Shown: positions 20,701 to 31,933 of the stretch, in pieces
Layout: each line of letters opens with the position of its first letter
How positions within the stretch are numbered: the first letter of the stretch is position 1
The notes under the pieces: generated by a model
What the model was told of the DNA's origin: nothing
Database searches by the model: none
The model's input: only the letters and a program-made list of their open reading frames with translations
Source: Gammaproteobacteria bacterium
Lineage (GTDB): Bacteria > Pseudomonadota > Gammaproteobacteria > UBA4575
NCBI GenBank assembly: GCA_965203475.1
Contig: OZ241890.1
Location: forward strand, 1,513,423-1,577,422
Direction: 5' to 3'
DNA: 64,000 bases
Made by a program: the position numbers and the translations under genes

Positions 20701-22134
20701 TTACTGAAGCTTATCTTTAAGTAACTGATTTACCTGCTGTGGATTTGCTTTACCTTTGGAAAGTTTCATTACTTGACCAACAAAGAATCCAAATACCTTG
20801 TCTTTACCGGCTTTGTATTGTTCTACCTGGCCCGGGTTATCATTAATCACTTGTTCAACTAAAGACTCTATTGCATCCGTATCTGTAATTTGTTTTAAGC
20901 CTTTGGCTTCAATGATTTCATCTACATTTCCCTCGCCGGTCCACATTGCAGCAAATACTTCTTTGGCAATTTTTCCGGAAATGGTGTTATCTTCAATTCG
21001 ATTCAGTAATTCGGCTAGCATGTTTGCTGATACTGGGCTGGAATCTATCTCCATTTCGTGTTGGTGTAGCGCAGCACTAACTTCACCGAGTATCCAGTTC
21101 GCTACAAGTTTTGCTTTGGCATTCGTCTGTTTAACCGTTTCCTCATAAAACAATGCTGTTTCTTTTTGCATAACTAAGTTTTCGGCATCGTAATCACTTA
21201 AATTATATTCTTGTTTAAAGCGTGAAATTTTATCTGCGGGTAATTCCGGAAGACTTTCTTTAATGGCCTTGAGCTGATCACTTGAAATAATTACAGGAAG
21301 TAAATCTGGATCTGGAAAATAGCGGTAATCATTGGCTTCTTCTTTAGTTCGCATGGATCGAGTTTCATCTTTATTGGCATCATATAAACGCGTTTCCTGA
21401 ACAACCGTTCCGCCATCTTCGAGCACATCAATTTGTCGCTCAATTTCAAAATTGATGGCGCGCTCAACAAAACGAAAAGAATTTAAGTTTTTAGTTTCAG
21501 TTCTCGTACCAAATTCTTCTTCGCCTTTTGGTCGCACAGAAACATTGGCATCACAACGAAACGAACCCTCTTGCATGTTGCCATCGGATATTTCCAAATA
21601 TCGAACAATTGAATGAATTTTTTTCATATAGGCTACCGCTTCTTCAGCAGTATGCATGTCAGGTTCAGAAACGATTTCTATTAAAGGCGTACCAGCACGA
21701 TTTAAATCAATGCCAGTGAAATCTGGAAACTCTTCATGTAAAGACTTTCCGGCATCTTCTTCTAAGTGTGCACGTGTAATACCTATAGTTTTTCGTGCAC
21801 CATCATTCAATACAATTTCTAACTTTCCATGTTCAACAATGGGTAATTCGTATTGACTAATTTGATATCCTTTAGGTAAATCGGGATAGAAATAATTTTT
21901 ACGTGCAAACACAGAACGTTCAGCCACGGTTGCATTGACCGCTAATCCAAACATGGCGGCCATGTGCACGGCTTGTTGATTTAACACTGGCAACACGCCG
22001 GGCAAGCCAAGATCAACTGCACAGGCTTGTGTGTTGGGATCGGCACCAAAGGCTGTGGATGCTCCCGAGAAAATTTTGCTTTGAGTCGCCAACTGCACAT
22101 GGATCTCAAGTCCTATAACGGCTTCCCAAGACAT
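20701..22134 (-). CDS. gatB: Asp/Glu-tRNA(Asn/Gln) amidotransferase subunit B
   Basis: GatB signature [15 protein letters not shown]... and a C-terminal GatB_Yqey domain. Confidence 0.93.
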   Translation of the reverse strand: MSWEAVIGLEIHVQLATQSKIFSGASTAFGADPNTQACAVDLGLPGVLPVLNQQAVHMAAMFGLAVNATVAERSVFARKNYFYPDLPKGYQISQYELPIVEHGKLEIVLNDGARKTIGITRAHLEEDAGKSLHEEFPDFTGIDLNRAGTPLIEIVSEPDMHTAEEAVAYMKKIHSIVRYLEISDGNMQEGSFRCDANVSVRPKGEEEFGTRTETKNLNSFRFVERAINFEIERQIDVLEDGGTVVQETRLYDANKDETRSMRTKEEANDYRYFPDPDLLPVIISSDQLKAIKESLPELPADKISRFKQEYNLSDYDAENLVMQKETALFYEETVKQTNAKAKLVANWILGEVSAALHQHEMEIDSSPVSANMLAELLNRIEDNTISGKIAKEVFAAMWTGEGNVDEIIEAKGLKQITDTDAIESLVEQVINDNPGQVEQYKAGKDKVFGFFVGQVMKLSKGKANPQQVNQLLKDKLQ

Positions 22135-23585
22135 TACTCAAACCCCTTTGGACATTGTTGATGCCAGTCCGTGTCCAGTTGATATTGATGGGCAAAATTC
22201 AAAAGTGTTCCTTCACTAAAATAATTTCCAATCAGTTGCATGCCAACCGGCAATCCATCTTGCAGCCCACAAGGAACTGAAATCGCAGGTAAACCTGCTA
22301 AGTTTATTGAAATCGTATAAATGTCGGATAAATACATGGTGACTGGATCATTGGTTTTTTCGCCAATTTTAAAAGCAGGCTCGGGTGTAGTTGGGCCCAA
22401 AATAACATCGACCTGTTCAAAGGCCTTTTGAAAATCGTCACTAATTAATCGCCGGATCTGTTGCGCCTTTAAATAGTAGGCATCATAGTATCCAGCCGAT
22501 AGTGCATAGGTCCCAATCATTATGCGGCGCTTCACTTCATCACCAAAGGCTTCACTGCGACTGCGGTCGTATAAATCACGTAAGTCTGCGGGCTCTTCAC
22601 ATCGATAGCCATAGCGCACGCCATCAAATCGTGCCAAATTCGAGGAACATTCAGCAGGCGCAATGACATAGTACGCCGGTATTGCTAATTCTGTATTCGG
22701 TAAATTGATTTGTTTAATTTCACATCCTTGTTGTTCAAACCAATCCATTGCACCTTGTACAATTTCTTTTACACCTTGACCTAACCCAGCACTGAAGTAC
22801 TCATCTGGAATCCCAATAACTTTTCCTTTGATAGAATTATTCAAAGACTGTAAATAGTCTGGAATCGGTTCATCTAAACTGGTGGAGTCTTTTTCATCAA
22901 AACCGGCCATGGCTTGCAACATATAGGCACAATCCTCAGCTGATTTACCAAATGGCCCTCCCTGATCCAAACTTGATGCATAGGCAATCATGCCGTAACG
23001 AGAAACGCGTCCATAGGTAGGTTTTATTCCAGTAACACCACAAAGCGCTGCTGGTTGGCGAATGGAGCCGCCTGTATCGGTGCCTGTTGCAATAGGCACA
23101 ATGCGTGCTGCAACGGCAGCGGCCGAACCACCAGACGAACCTCCTGGCACACAATCTTTATGCCATGGGTTTTTGACAGCACCATAAAAACTGGTTTCAT
23201 TAGAAGAGCCCATGGCAAATTCATCCATATTGGTTCTACCAAGCACAACACATCCGGCTTCATTGAGTTTATGCACTACGGTTGAATCATAGGGAGCGTA
23301 AAAACTATCCAGCATTTTGGAACCACAAGTTGTTTTAACGCCATACATACAAAAAATATCTTTATGTGCAATCGGAATTCCCGTTAAAGGTCCGTGCTTA
23401 TTCTCTTTTATTAATTCATCTGCATGATTCGCTTGTAAAATCGCACGTTCGCCAAGTTCTGTAATAAACGCATTCAAATCTTGATGCGCCTGCATGCGAT
23501 CAACTAAGTATTTTGTAATCTCAACACTTGAGAATTCGCCTGATTGCAAACCTTTAGCGATTTGTGAAACAGAAAGTTCGTGCAT
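22134..23585 (-). CDS. gatA: Glutamyl-tRNA(Gln) amidotransferase subunit A
   Basis: Amidase signature [13 protein letters not shown]. Confidence 0.93.
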   Translation of the reverse strand: MHELSVSQIAKGLQSGEFSSVEITKYLVDRMQAHQDLNAFITELGERAILQANHADELIKENKHGPLTGIPIAHKDIFCMYGVKTTCGSKMLDSFYAPYDSTVVHKLNEAGCVVLGRTNMDEFAMGSSNETSFYGAVKNPWHKDCVPGGSSGGSAAAVAARIVPIATGTDTGGSIRQPAALCGVTGIKPTYGRVSRYGMIAYASSLDQGGPFGKSAEDCAYMLQAMAGFDEKDSTSLDEPIPDYLQSLNNSIKGKVIGIPDEYFSAGLGQGVKEIVQGAMDWFEQQGCEIKQINLPNTELAIPAYYVIAPAECSSNLARFDGVRYGYRCEEPADLRDLYDRSRSEAFGDEVKRRIMIGTYALSAGYYDAYYLKAQQIRRLISDDFQKAFEQVDVILGPTTPEPAFKIGEKTNDPVTMYLSDIYTISINLAGLPAISVPCGLQDGLPVGMQLIGNYFSEGTLLNFAHQYQLDTDWHQQCPKGFE

Positions 23586-23617
23586 AGAAAATTAAAAAAC
23601 TAAATTGAGAAAATAAT

Positions 23618-23905
23618 TTACTCAATCACTTTAGGCACAAGATACAAACCGTTCTCAGCTTTTGGCGCAATGGTCTGAAACTTATCGCGTTGATTTTCTT
23701 CTTTTACAATGTCTTCGCGTAAACGCTGTGTAACGTCTTGTGGATGCGCCATAGGTTGAATACTTTGTGTGTTCACTTTATTCATTTGTTCAACTAAAGA
23801 AATAATATTGGAAAGATCCAGCGCATACTGATCTAACTCCTCTTCTTTAATTTTTAAGCGTGCTAAATTTGCAATTTTTAACACTTCTTCTTTTGATAGC
23901 GACAT
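23618..23905 (-). CDS. gatC: Glutamyl-tRNA(Gln) amidotransferase subunit C
   Basis: 95 aa; gatCAB operon order. Confidence 0.85.
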   Translation of the reverse strand: MSLSKEEVLKIANLARLKIKEEELDQYALDLSNIISLVEQMNKVNTQSIQPMAHPQDVTQRLREDIVKEENQRDKFQTIAPKAENGLYLVPKVIE

Positions 23906-24066
23906 CGTATTTTTGAGAATGATGGTTGATAACTTGGCGTAGTCGCAAGAAAGCTTACACCCAGGGTTTGTTTATGAACGGCACAAACTACCATACTTAA
24001 TGCCTTGCCCAAAATTTTTGCCGCTGATAGAGTACGCAAACCCGCAAAATAATTACCATAAATTAG

Positions 24067-25119
<1,053 letters not shown>

Positions 25120-25278
25120 AGTCTATATTAAAAAATCTACTCAAACGCTGACGCTCGATGGCGGATTCGTTATCATTAACCAACTAAGTTATGTGATGTT
25201 CACATTGGAGATGTTGCTATAAAACCGCTATTTGCAGTTGGCCCATCCGTAACAACAAAGTTAATAACACTGATCATC

Positions 25279-26073
25279 GTGTCAGTCGTCATGATGACGG
25301 TCGACCATCACTTTAATCATTTGCGTACCCTGCGCTCGACACTCAGCGTAGTCATGTATCCGCTTGAATACTTAGCTGGCCTCCCCTTTAAAATTTACGA
25401 CTGGAGTGCAGAATCTTTTTCCGAACGTAATAAACTATTAAGCAACAATGCAAGCCTGCGCGCAGAACAAATTCGTCTTGAATTACAACTACAAAAACTT
25501 GCCACATTGGAGCAAGAAAACGAACGATTACGAAATTTACTTTCTTCAGCAAAATATTTTAAAGAAGAACGTTTACTCATCGCCGAATTATTATCAGTAG
25601 ATTTAGATCCCTATCGTCAACGCATAGTTATTAACAAAGGTACACGTGATGGTGTTTTTGTCGGGCAACCCTTGTTGGGCGCAAAAGGTATTATTGGGCA
25701 AATTGATAAAGCCGGTCCTTTTAACTCGGTAGCCATTTTAATATCGGACCCGAATCATGCATTACTAGGTGTCGTCGCAAGAAGTGGCCAACGAAGCTTA
25801 ATTGTAGGTACTGGAAATATTCAAAGTTTGGAGCTTCTGCATTTAACCAGTACCGCAGATATTAAAATTGGTGATTTAGTTATTACCTCAGGTTTAGATG
25901 AACGTTACCCATCGGACTATCCTGTGGCTGAAATCACCAGCATTCAACAAGTGTCGGGCGAACCCTTTGTAAAAGTAGAAGCCAAACCGCTGGTTGAACT
26001 CAATACGATTCGTGAAGTGTTATTAATTTGGCCGCATGGATTGGAAACCAATTTTACGGCTGAAAATAATTAA
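25279..26073 (+). CDS. mreC: Rod-shape-determining protein MreC (start uncertain, see findings)
   Basis: Coiled-coil plus beta-domain with MreC-like sequence. The N-terminal transmembrane helix continues in frame upstream of the GTG start. Confidence 0.8.
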   Translation: MSVVMMTVDHHFNHLRTLRSTLSVVMYPLEYLAGLPFKIYDWSAESFSERNKLLSNNASLRAEQIRLELQLQKLATLEQENERLRNLLSSAKYFKEERLLIAELLSVDLDPYRQRIVINKGTRDGVFVGQPLLGAKGIIGQIDKAGPFNSVAILISDPNHALLGVVARSGQRSLIVGTGNIQSLELLHLTSTADIKIGDLVITSGLDERYPSDYPVAEITSIQQVSGEPFVKVEAKPLVELNTIREVLLIWPHGLETNFTAENN

Positions 26074-26085
26074 AAAAACCAAACC

Positions 26086-26568
26086 ATGACATCACCCTCC
26101 AACTTTTTTGTCATCGTCGTCACCTTTATTGTGGCTGCAATTTTGATGTTGATGCCCTTACCAGAATGGGCACGTCCTTATCGACCTGAATGGCTAGCGC
26201 TTGCCATCATTTACTGGAGCATCGCTTTCCCTAAAAAAGTGGGTGTTGGAACAGCTTGGGTGGTGGGATTGTTTGTCGATGTGATTCAAGGTGCATTATT
26301 AGGACAACACGCGTTAGGTTTTGCTATTACAGCCTACATTGCCATTCGCTTTCATCAACGTATTCGCAATTACCCTTTACACCAACAATCTATGTTTGTC
26401 GGCATGATCTTATTACCCTACATGAGTGTTTCGTTATGGATTTTGGGCATACTGGGAGAAGACCCTAAATCCTGGTCGTATTGGGCACCCGTGGTGACCA
26501 GTGTAATCGTTTGGCCGTGGATATTTATCGTTTTACGCGCCGTACGACGATCAAGTGTGATGTATTAA
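26086..26568 (+). CDS. mreD: Rod-shape-determining protein MreD
   Basis: Polytopic membrane protein following mreC. Confidence 0.85.
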   Translation: MTSPSNFFVIVVTFIVAAILMLMPLPEWARPYRPEWLALAIIYWSIAFPKKVGVGTAWVVGLFVDVIQGALLGQHALGFAITAYIAIRFHQRIRNYPLHQQSMFVGMILLPYMSVSLWILGILGEDPKSWSYWAPVVTSVIVWPWIFIVLRAVRRSSVMY

Positions 26569-26598
26569 TTATTAGTAAATTAAAGTTAGAAAATCTTA

Positions 26599-26767
26599 AA
26601 GTCCGCTTACGTGCTTGAGCCTAGGGACAATGTGCATGGATACACAAGTGTCGCGGGAGACAGGAAGTCGGGAGCAACCGTGCGAATAAGAGCTACAACA
26701 GGGATGTTGTATCAGATTAAAATCAGTAATTCTTAAAACGTCCACTTACGGCCAATAGCGGACATTA
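26599..26767 (+). repeat. MITE-like element copy A (~169 bp, terminal inverted repeats GTCCGCTTACG ... CGGCCAATAGCGGACATT)
   Basis: The core gtgcatggatacacaagtgtcgcgggagacaggaagtcgggagcaaccgtgcgaataagag is shared with copies at 46.3, 47.2, 48.0 and 27.2 kb. The terminal inverted repeats (TIRs) are palindromic. Confidence 0.75.
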
Positions 26768-26776
26768 TTATTAATA

Positions 26777-27100
26777 CTAAGTACCTGACCATACTCCCCA
26801 TGTTTCACAAATTCCACCATACGGAGCAGCAATTTTAGATGCTTCATTTTGTATTTTGATTACTAATTCATATGTAATTAAATCGTTTATTTGAAATTGT
26901 ATATAACCATCAAACTCTTTATCAGGTTCTATTACTTTGATTTCTTTGTACCTAGCAGTAAGTTTATTTAGTAACTCTGGATTGGGCGGCCAATGATTCA
27001 GATCAATATTAAAATCGATAATATGTTTGATATTAAAGTCCATTCCTCCTGCTTCTATTCGTCTTAACGCATCGCCAACTGCATCATTTGGGAATTGCAT
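26777..27100 (-). CDS. Orphan hypothetical protein (107 aa) bracketed by inverted MITE copies
   Basis: ORF; no recognisable domain. Confidence 0.45.
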   Translation of the reverse strand: MQFPNDAVGDALRRIEAGGMDFNIKHIIDFNIDLNHWPPNPELLNKLTARYKEIKVIEPDKEFDGYIQFQINDLITYELVIKIQNEASKIAAPYGGICETWGVWSGT

Positions 27101-27142
27101 AAAGTTCCAACATATTTTTAATTGATTACGTGTCGTATATTA

Positions 27143-27262
27143 ATGTCCGATTTGGGTCGTAATCTGCACTTCCTACTTCCGTGTAGGTCGTCCATGATGG
27201 AAATCTTATTCGCGCGGCGCTGCCGACATCCTGTCTTTCGCGACACTTGTGTGTTCTACACA
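27143..27262 (-). repeat. MITE-like element copy B (inverted relative to A)
   Basis: Its reverse complement aligns with copy A (..cacaagtgtcgcgaaagacaggatgtcggcagcgccgcgcgaataagatttccatcatgg..). It begins with aatgtccga and ends overlapping the last codons of the GTPase gene. Confidence 0.7.
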
Positions 27263-28713
27263 TCGCCCTTATGTTGGCCAGACGGATTGGTATATTCATC
27301 ATTTAGTTTTTGGATAAAAACATTTGCACGATTTTTTATATCTAATAATTTTTCTCGTGCTGACCTGTTCCAACCGACGATAAATGGACGTGCTAATGAT
27401 CGCCACCATCGAGTGTTGTGTAAAAACCCAGAACGTACATATTGATCCGTAATTCCTTCTTCTAACGTTGATGCCATCCATCTTGCAATAAATTTTCGCA
27501 CAAAAAAGTGAATAGCAATTAACAAAATAGCCAAAAGCACAAATAGAAAAAGTAACCCATATTGATCACCGGCATTGTATTCCCCTGCAGTTCCATAGTG
27601 CTTCAGTAGATACACTACAAAAGCAATAAAAATTGGAATAAAAATTACCGCATCAACGACTAACACTCGCTTGGCCCAAATTCGCACAGCTTTTTGAATT
27701 TTAGGCACAAATGATTTTTCGATTTGATTCGCCGTATGCTCTAAAGAACCAACAATGCGATAAATTCGCTCTACACTCACTTCAGAAATACGTTGATAGA
27801 TTTCTTGCAAATCTACATCTCGTTTGCGCTGATATCGTTCACGCAATGATGCATCTTCAATGGGAACCGCAGCATTTTCATTGTAAATTGAATAAAAACG
27901 CCCGCTGACAAGTCCTGCTTGTGCAATCGCACGCTGCCAGGCAGCCACCACGTCCTCTGCATTATCTTCCGATGCCGTTGTGTCTATTTGATTAAGAATA
28001 AACAACACTTTATTCGAATCATTGCGTCGCACTGTCCCCGCAACCAAATGATCTAATGTATCTCGCATTGCTCCAGGTTCTGGGTGTCTTGCATCAAATA
28101 TCACTAACACCAAATCTGATAAATTTATAATGTGATCGGTAATACGTAAGATAGAGGTCCGTTGCGCATCGGCATCAAAACCTGGCGAATCGATAAAAAT
28201 TTTGCCTTTAATTAAATCGGTGGGGCAGGTTTTTAATTGCAAGTAGGTGTCAATTCTTGAACCTTCCCCTTGGGCAACTTTTTCAATTTCTTGACTAATC
28301 TTATAAAAAGGAAATCGAGGATCTGCATCAAGCGCTAAACCAGGCAACACGCGCACTTTTTCATCACTGCTGAAACATATTACGGTAAATTTATCGTCAA
28401 CCGCTTGATTGCCAGTTTTTTGCAAATCGGTTTGTACATAATGATTAATAAAAGTAGATTTGCCTGCCGAAAACGTACCCAACACTGAAATTAATGGCCA
28501 CCAGGAAATGTCAGTAGTAAAGGATTGCTTATTAGACAAAATACCTAATTTGTAGGCAATTTTATCCAGTTCACAAAAGTGATCGACCACAGAGACAAGC
28601 AAGGGATTTTCGCTTGAAAGATGATCACGAAGACTTTTTATTCTAGTTTTTAAATTAGCATCAGGTCCAGCCAGCATTTTAAACCCACAAACTATATGAA
28701 CTAAATGATACAA
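27256..28713 (-). CDS. Dynamin-family (BDLP/mitofusin-like) GTPase with C-terminal transmembrane hairpin
   Basis: G1 GTFSAGKST, G3 DSPG, G4 NQID. Two hydrophobic helices lie at ~aa 355-405. Confidence 0.65.
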   Translation of the reverse strand: MYHLVHIVCGFKMLAGPDANLKTRIKSLRDHLSSENPLLVSVVDHFCELDKIAYKLGILSNKQSFTTDISWWPLISVLGTFSAGKSTFINHYVQTDLQKTGNQAVDDKFTVICFSSDEKVRVLPGLALDADPRFPFYKISQEIEKVAQGEGSRIDTYLQLKTCPTDLIKGKIFIDSPGFDADAQRTSILRITDHIINLSDLVLVIFDARHPEPGAMRDTLDHLVAGTVRRNDSNKVLFILNQIDTTASEDNAEDVVAAWQRAIAQAGLVSGRFYSIYNENAAVPIEDASLRERYQRKRDVDLQEIYQRISEVSVERIYRIVGSLEHTANQIEKSFVPKIQKAVRIWAKRVLVVDAVIFIPIFIAFVVYLLKHYGTAGEYNAGDQYGLLFLFVLLAILLIAIHFFVRKFIARWMASTLEEGITDQYVRSGFLHNTRWWRSLARPFIVGWNRSAREKLLDIKNRANVFIQKLNDEYTNPSGQHKGDV

Positions 28714-28777
28714 GCATCATTATAGACGTCTGACAGATAAATTCTGCAAACATTGTAATTTATTTAATAGACGTTGA

Positions 28778-29746
28778 TTATTTTTGACGCATTTTTTGTA
28801 ATTGCTTACTAAATTGCACACAGGGGTCTTGATTAGTATGACTAGGTGTAAAATATAAAACATCAAATGTGCTGCCTGATTCATCCATATAGTCTTGCGG
28901 CTCATTCAAATCGGGTTGCACCGAAATAAATGCAATCGATATATATGAATATTGCTTAAACTTATTCACTAACTGCATGGGAATTGCATAATCATTTCGT
29001 ACATGGCCGCTTCCAGCAATTAACACCACAGGTTTCTTGTTCTCAACTAATGTTGAAGTTATTACAAAATCACGTTGTAACTGCGCGCGCGCCATAAATT
29101 GAACAAAATTCTTATTCGCATAGCCACAGTGCGAATCGACGATATTGGATTTTAATTTTGCAAAGTTAATTTTACTGATCCAATAATTTGTAAGCACTTC
29201 TTCTGGATTAAGTGGCCCTATTTTATTAGACCACTCATGCAGTGCTTTACTATCAATATTTCCAGCCATTAACTCTAAATTATGCTCTACAATTACTTCC
29301 AAAATTGGTGCATACAAATCCCAGGGCCAACGCTCATTTATCGCACTCGATTGCTGTTTTAATTTATCCACATCATTCCATGTTTGTGGCTGTCCTTCCC
29401 ACGTCTGCTTCTCCAACATTTCCATTACCACTACAGGCTGCTTTTTGGATTGTGCAATCGTTTTTAATAAATTAGCTTGTAGTTGATGATGATCAGCATT
29501 GTTATGCACTTCACCTAATAAAATGTAGTCATATTGAATGATTTCTTTTTTTAATCTTTCAACTGATAACCACTGGTTTTTTCCTGTATCCCAAATTTTG
29601 CCGACTAAAGGATGATCTATATAGTAAGGAGACTTCCAATCTTGCGCCCAACCAGCACCGGGTATAAAAAAAATTACAATAAATAAAAATCGTATATGTT
29701 TACACATGCAAGAAAGCCTTAGAATAGAAGTATGGAATACATACAA
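28778..29746 (-). CDS. ChaN/Tiki-superfamily (TraB/GumN-like) lipoprotein
   Basis: Signal peptide; the GEVHNNADHH...E motif region resembles ChaN haem-binding/Tiki proteins. Confidence 0.5.
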   Translation of the reverse strand: MYVFHTSILRLSCMCKHIRFLFIVIFFIPGAGWAQDWKSPYYIDHPLVGKIWDTGKNQWLSVERLKKEIIQYDYILLGEVHNNADHHQLQANLLKTIAQSKKQPVVVMEMLEKQTWEGQPQTWNDVDKLKQQSSAINERWPWDLYAPILEVIVEHNLELMAGNIDSKALHEWSNKIGPLNPEEVLTNYWISKINFAKLKSNIVDSHCGYANKNFVQFMARAQLQRDFVITSTLVENKKPVVLIAGSGHVRNDYAIPMQLVNKFKQYSYISIAFISVQPDLNEPQDYMDESGSTFDVLYFTPSHTNQDPCVQFSKQLQKMRQK

Positions 29747-30832
29747 TCACAGGAAAATTTCGATTCATTTTGTAAAGATATCAGCAATTACACATGGTTG
29801 ACGATTGATACCGAATTTATTCGCGAACGAACTTATTACCCCAAACTCTGTTTAATTCAAATAGCGACAGTAGACCATATTGCATGCATAGACCCTTTCT
29901 CAATAGAAAATTTAGAAGCATTAAAATTAATTCTATATTCATCCAACGTCACTAAAGTATTTCATGCCGCAAGCCAAGATTTAGAAGTATTTTATAATTT
30001 GTATGGCCAAGTTCCCGCACCCATATTTGATACTCAGATAGCAGCCAGTGCACTTGGGTATGGAGATCAAATCAGTTATGCGCAAGCCGTAAAAGAAATT
30101 TGTGATGTTACGCTAGATAAATCCTTATCTCGCACCAATTGGGATCGAAGACCTTTAAGCAGCGATGAAATTCATTATGCATTAGATGATGTGAAATACC
30201 TTGTCGAGGTATATCAGCAATTGAATACTCATTTGGATCAAATGAACCGTAGCTCCTGGGTACACGAAGAATCTATGAGAATCTGTTCTCATAAGCGCTA
30301 CGAGATCATGCCTGACCAACAATGGAAAATTGTCAAAGGCGTTGGAAAATTAAACGCTCAACAACTAAATTTTCTAAGAGAGCTTGCAAAATGGCGCGAA
30401 GAGTACGCCATGCGTGAAAACAAACCCAGACGCTGGATTGTGCGGGATAAAGATTTATATTTGCTAGCGGTTGAACAACCTTCCACAATGGGGGAACTCA
30501 CAAGTATCGAAGGACTAACTGAAGAGTCTTTTACCCATGCAAATCACTTACTCGAGAGCATTGAAAACGCTAATGCGATGCCAGAAGCACACTGGCCAAA
30601 TGAAAATATAACGCAAGCCTTAACTCGTGATCAGCGAAAATTGTTGAAACTTGCTCAAGCAATTGTCCGTGAGCATGCAGAAAATTTAAATATATCTGCA
30701 AGTTTATTAGCTACACGAAGTTCGCTGGAAAAATTAGTGCGCGGGAATCGTAAATTAAATTTTTTACATGATTGGAGAAAAGAGATTATTGGAAATGACT
30801 TACTCAAATTAGTTGATACAGATTTACTTTAG
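29732..30832 (+). CDS. rnd: Ribonuclease D
   Basis: DEDDy 3'-5' exonuclease motifs (LTIDTEF, YALDDV) and a C-terminal HRDC domain. Confidence 0.85.
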   Translation: MEYIQSQENFDSFCKDISNYTWLTIDTEFIRERTYYPKLCLIQIATVDHIACIDPFSIENLEALKLILYSSNVTKVFHAASQDLEVFYNLYGQVPAPIFDTQIAASALGYGDQISYAQAVKEICDVTLDKSLSRTNWDRRPLSSDEIHYALDDVKYLVEVYQQLNTHLDQMNRSSWVHEESMRICSHKRYEIMPDQQWKIVKGVGKLNAQQLNFLRELAKWREEYAMRENKPRRWIVRDKDLYLLAVEQPSTMGELTSIEGLTEESFTHANHLLESIENANAMPEAHWPNENITQALTRDQRKLLKLAQAIVREHAENLNISASLLATRSSLEKLVRGNRKLNFLHDWRKEIIGNDLLKLVDTDLL

Positions 30833-30882
30833 CACCTTTGGATTATATTTTTATTCCGCTTTTCGATACTATTAGATTCATT

Positions 30883-31134
30883 ATGACAACAGACGATATT
30901 CAAAAACTTATTGAAGCCGGCATTCCGGGGTCACAAGCGATGGTGACAGGCGCTGAAGGAAAATATGAAGCGACCGTGATTAGTGATGCATTTGATGGCC
31001 TAACCATGGTTAAAGAACACCAGTTAGTCTATGCCACGATTAAAGATCAAATTGCCAGTGGTGAATTGCATGCACTTAGTATCAAGGCGTTCACTGTTGA
31101 GGAATGGGAAGAAAAGCAAAATTCCTCAAACTAA
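30883..31134 (+). CDS. ibaG: BolA-family protein (IbaG/YrbA-like)
   Basis: MTTDDIQKLIEAG...FDGLTMVKEHQLVYA...HALSIKAFT is similar to E. coli IbaG. The ATG at 30883 is preferred. Confidence 0.65.
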   Translation: MTTDDIQKLIEAGIPGSQAMVTGAEGKYEATVISDAFDGLTMVKEHQLVYATIKDQIASGELHALSIKAFTVEEWEEKQNSSN

Positions 31135-31617
31135 ATGCAATATTTAGAACCACTCTTAAAAACATCCGTTCAAAACATTCTTAGCCATTACGGCCTCAGC
31201 TTACAGCTTGTTAATATAGAGAACGAAATTCCGTATAGTTATTGGGGCACACCAGAGGCCGGACGCAAACAAAACACATTGTTTGCTCAAACAAAAACTC
31301 CTCTTCATTCCGTGCTACATGAGGCCTGTCACTATGTGTGTATGCCTGCACATCATCGAACTTGTAAAGCGATTGATGCAGCAGGTGGAGTAGAAGAAGA
31401 AAACGCTACTTGCTATTTGCAAGTGTTACTCGCCGAACATATCGATGGCTATTCGAGCCAACTAATCATGCAAGATATGGATCGCTGGGGATATAGCTTT
31501 AGACTTGGTAGCTGTAGCGCATGGTTTGACAAAGATGCTGAAGATGTACAAGCATGGCTGATGCAGCATAAAATTATTAATCACAACAACCAAATTACCT
31601 GGAACCTTAGAAATTAA
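31135..31617 (+). CDS. Hypothetical protein (160 aa) with an HExxH-like HEACH motif
   Basis: ORF only. Confidence 0.4.
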   Translation: MQYLEPLLKTSVQNILSHYGLSLQLVNIENEIPYSYWGTPEAGRKQNTLFAQTKTPLHSVLHEACHYVCMPAHHRTCKAIDAAGGVEEENATCYLQVLLAEHIDGYSSQLIMQDMDRWGYSFRLGSCSAWFDKDAEDVQAWLMQHKIINHNNQITWNLRN

Positions 31618-31933
31618 CCAAACATCTCATTTTTGTGCAGTTGTATATTGACATCCTGAACAATTCTTCTTAGCATTTATAGTGCTCATTGTCGCTGATT
31701 TAATTCAACAACTTGCAGAGCGACTCAGAAATACTGCTAAAGCGATGACCGTCCTAATGCTTCAGGGTCGTGTCAGCGTAAATTTAACATGAAGCTGGAG
31801 ACGGTGTGATGATCTATAAATCTGATTTGCAGTTTTCTCTGCTAACCAATCAACAAATTTATTTCTGTGCTAAGCCAATAGTATCAGCTGCCATGGTACA
31901 ACATTGCTCCAACGCAAACAGGGGGTACACATT

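Noticed and set aside
22945-23285. Several 69-79-aa ORFs inside gatA (both strands), plus similar ones inside mreB, gatB, thiC and the radical SAM gene
   Set aside because: They are embedded antisense or out of frame in well-supported conserved genes.
27122-27445. 107-aa plus-strand ORF on the track
   Set aside because: It reads through MITE copy B and is antisense to the 3' end of the GTPase gene. It has no coding features and I treat it as spurious.
28720-28905. 61-aa minus-strand ORF overlapping the 3' end of the ChaN-like gene
   Set aside because: It lies in an alternative frame over a supported gene and has no features.
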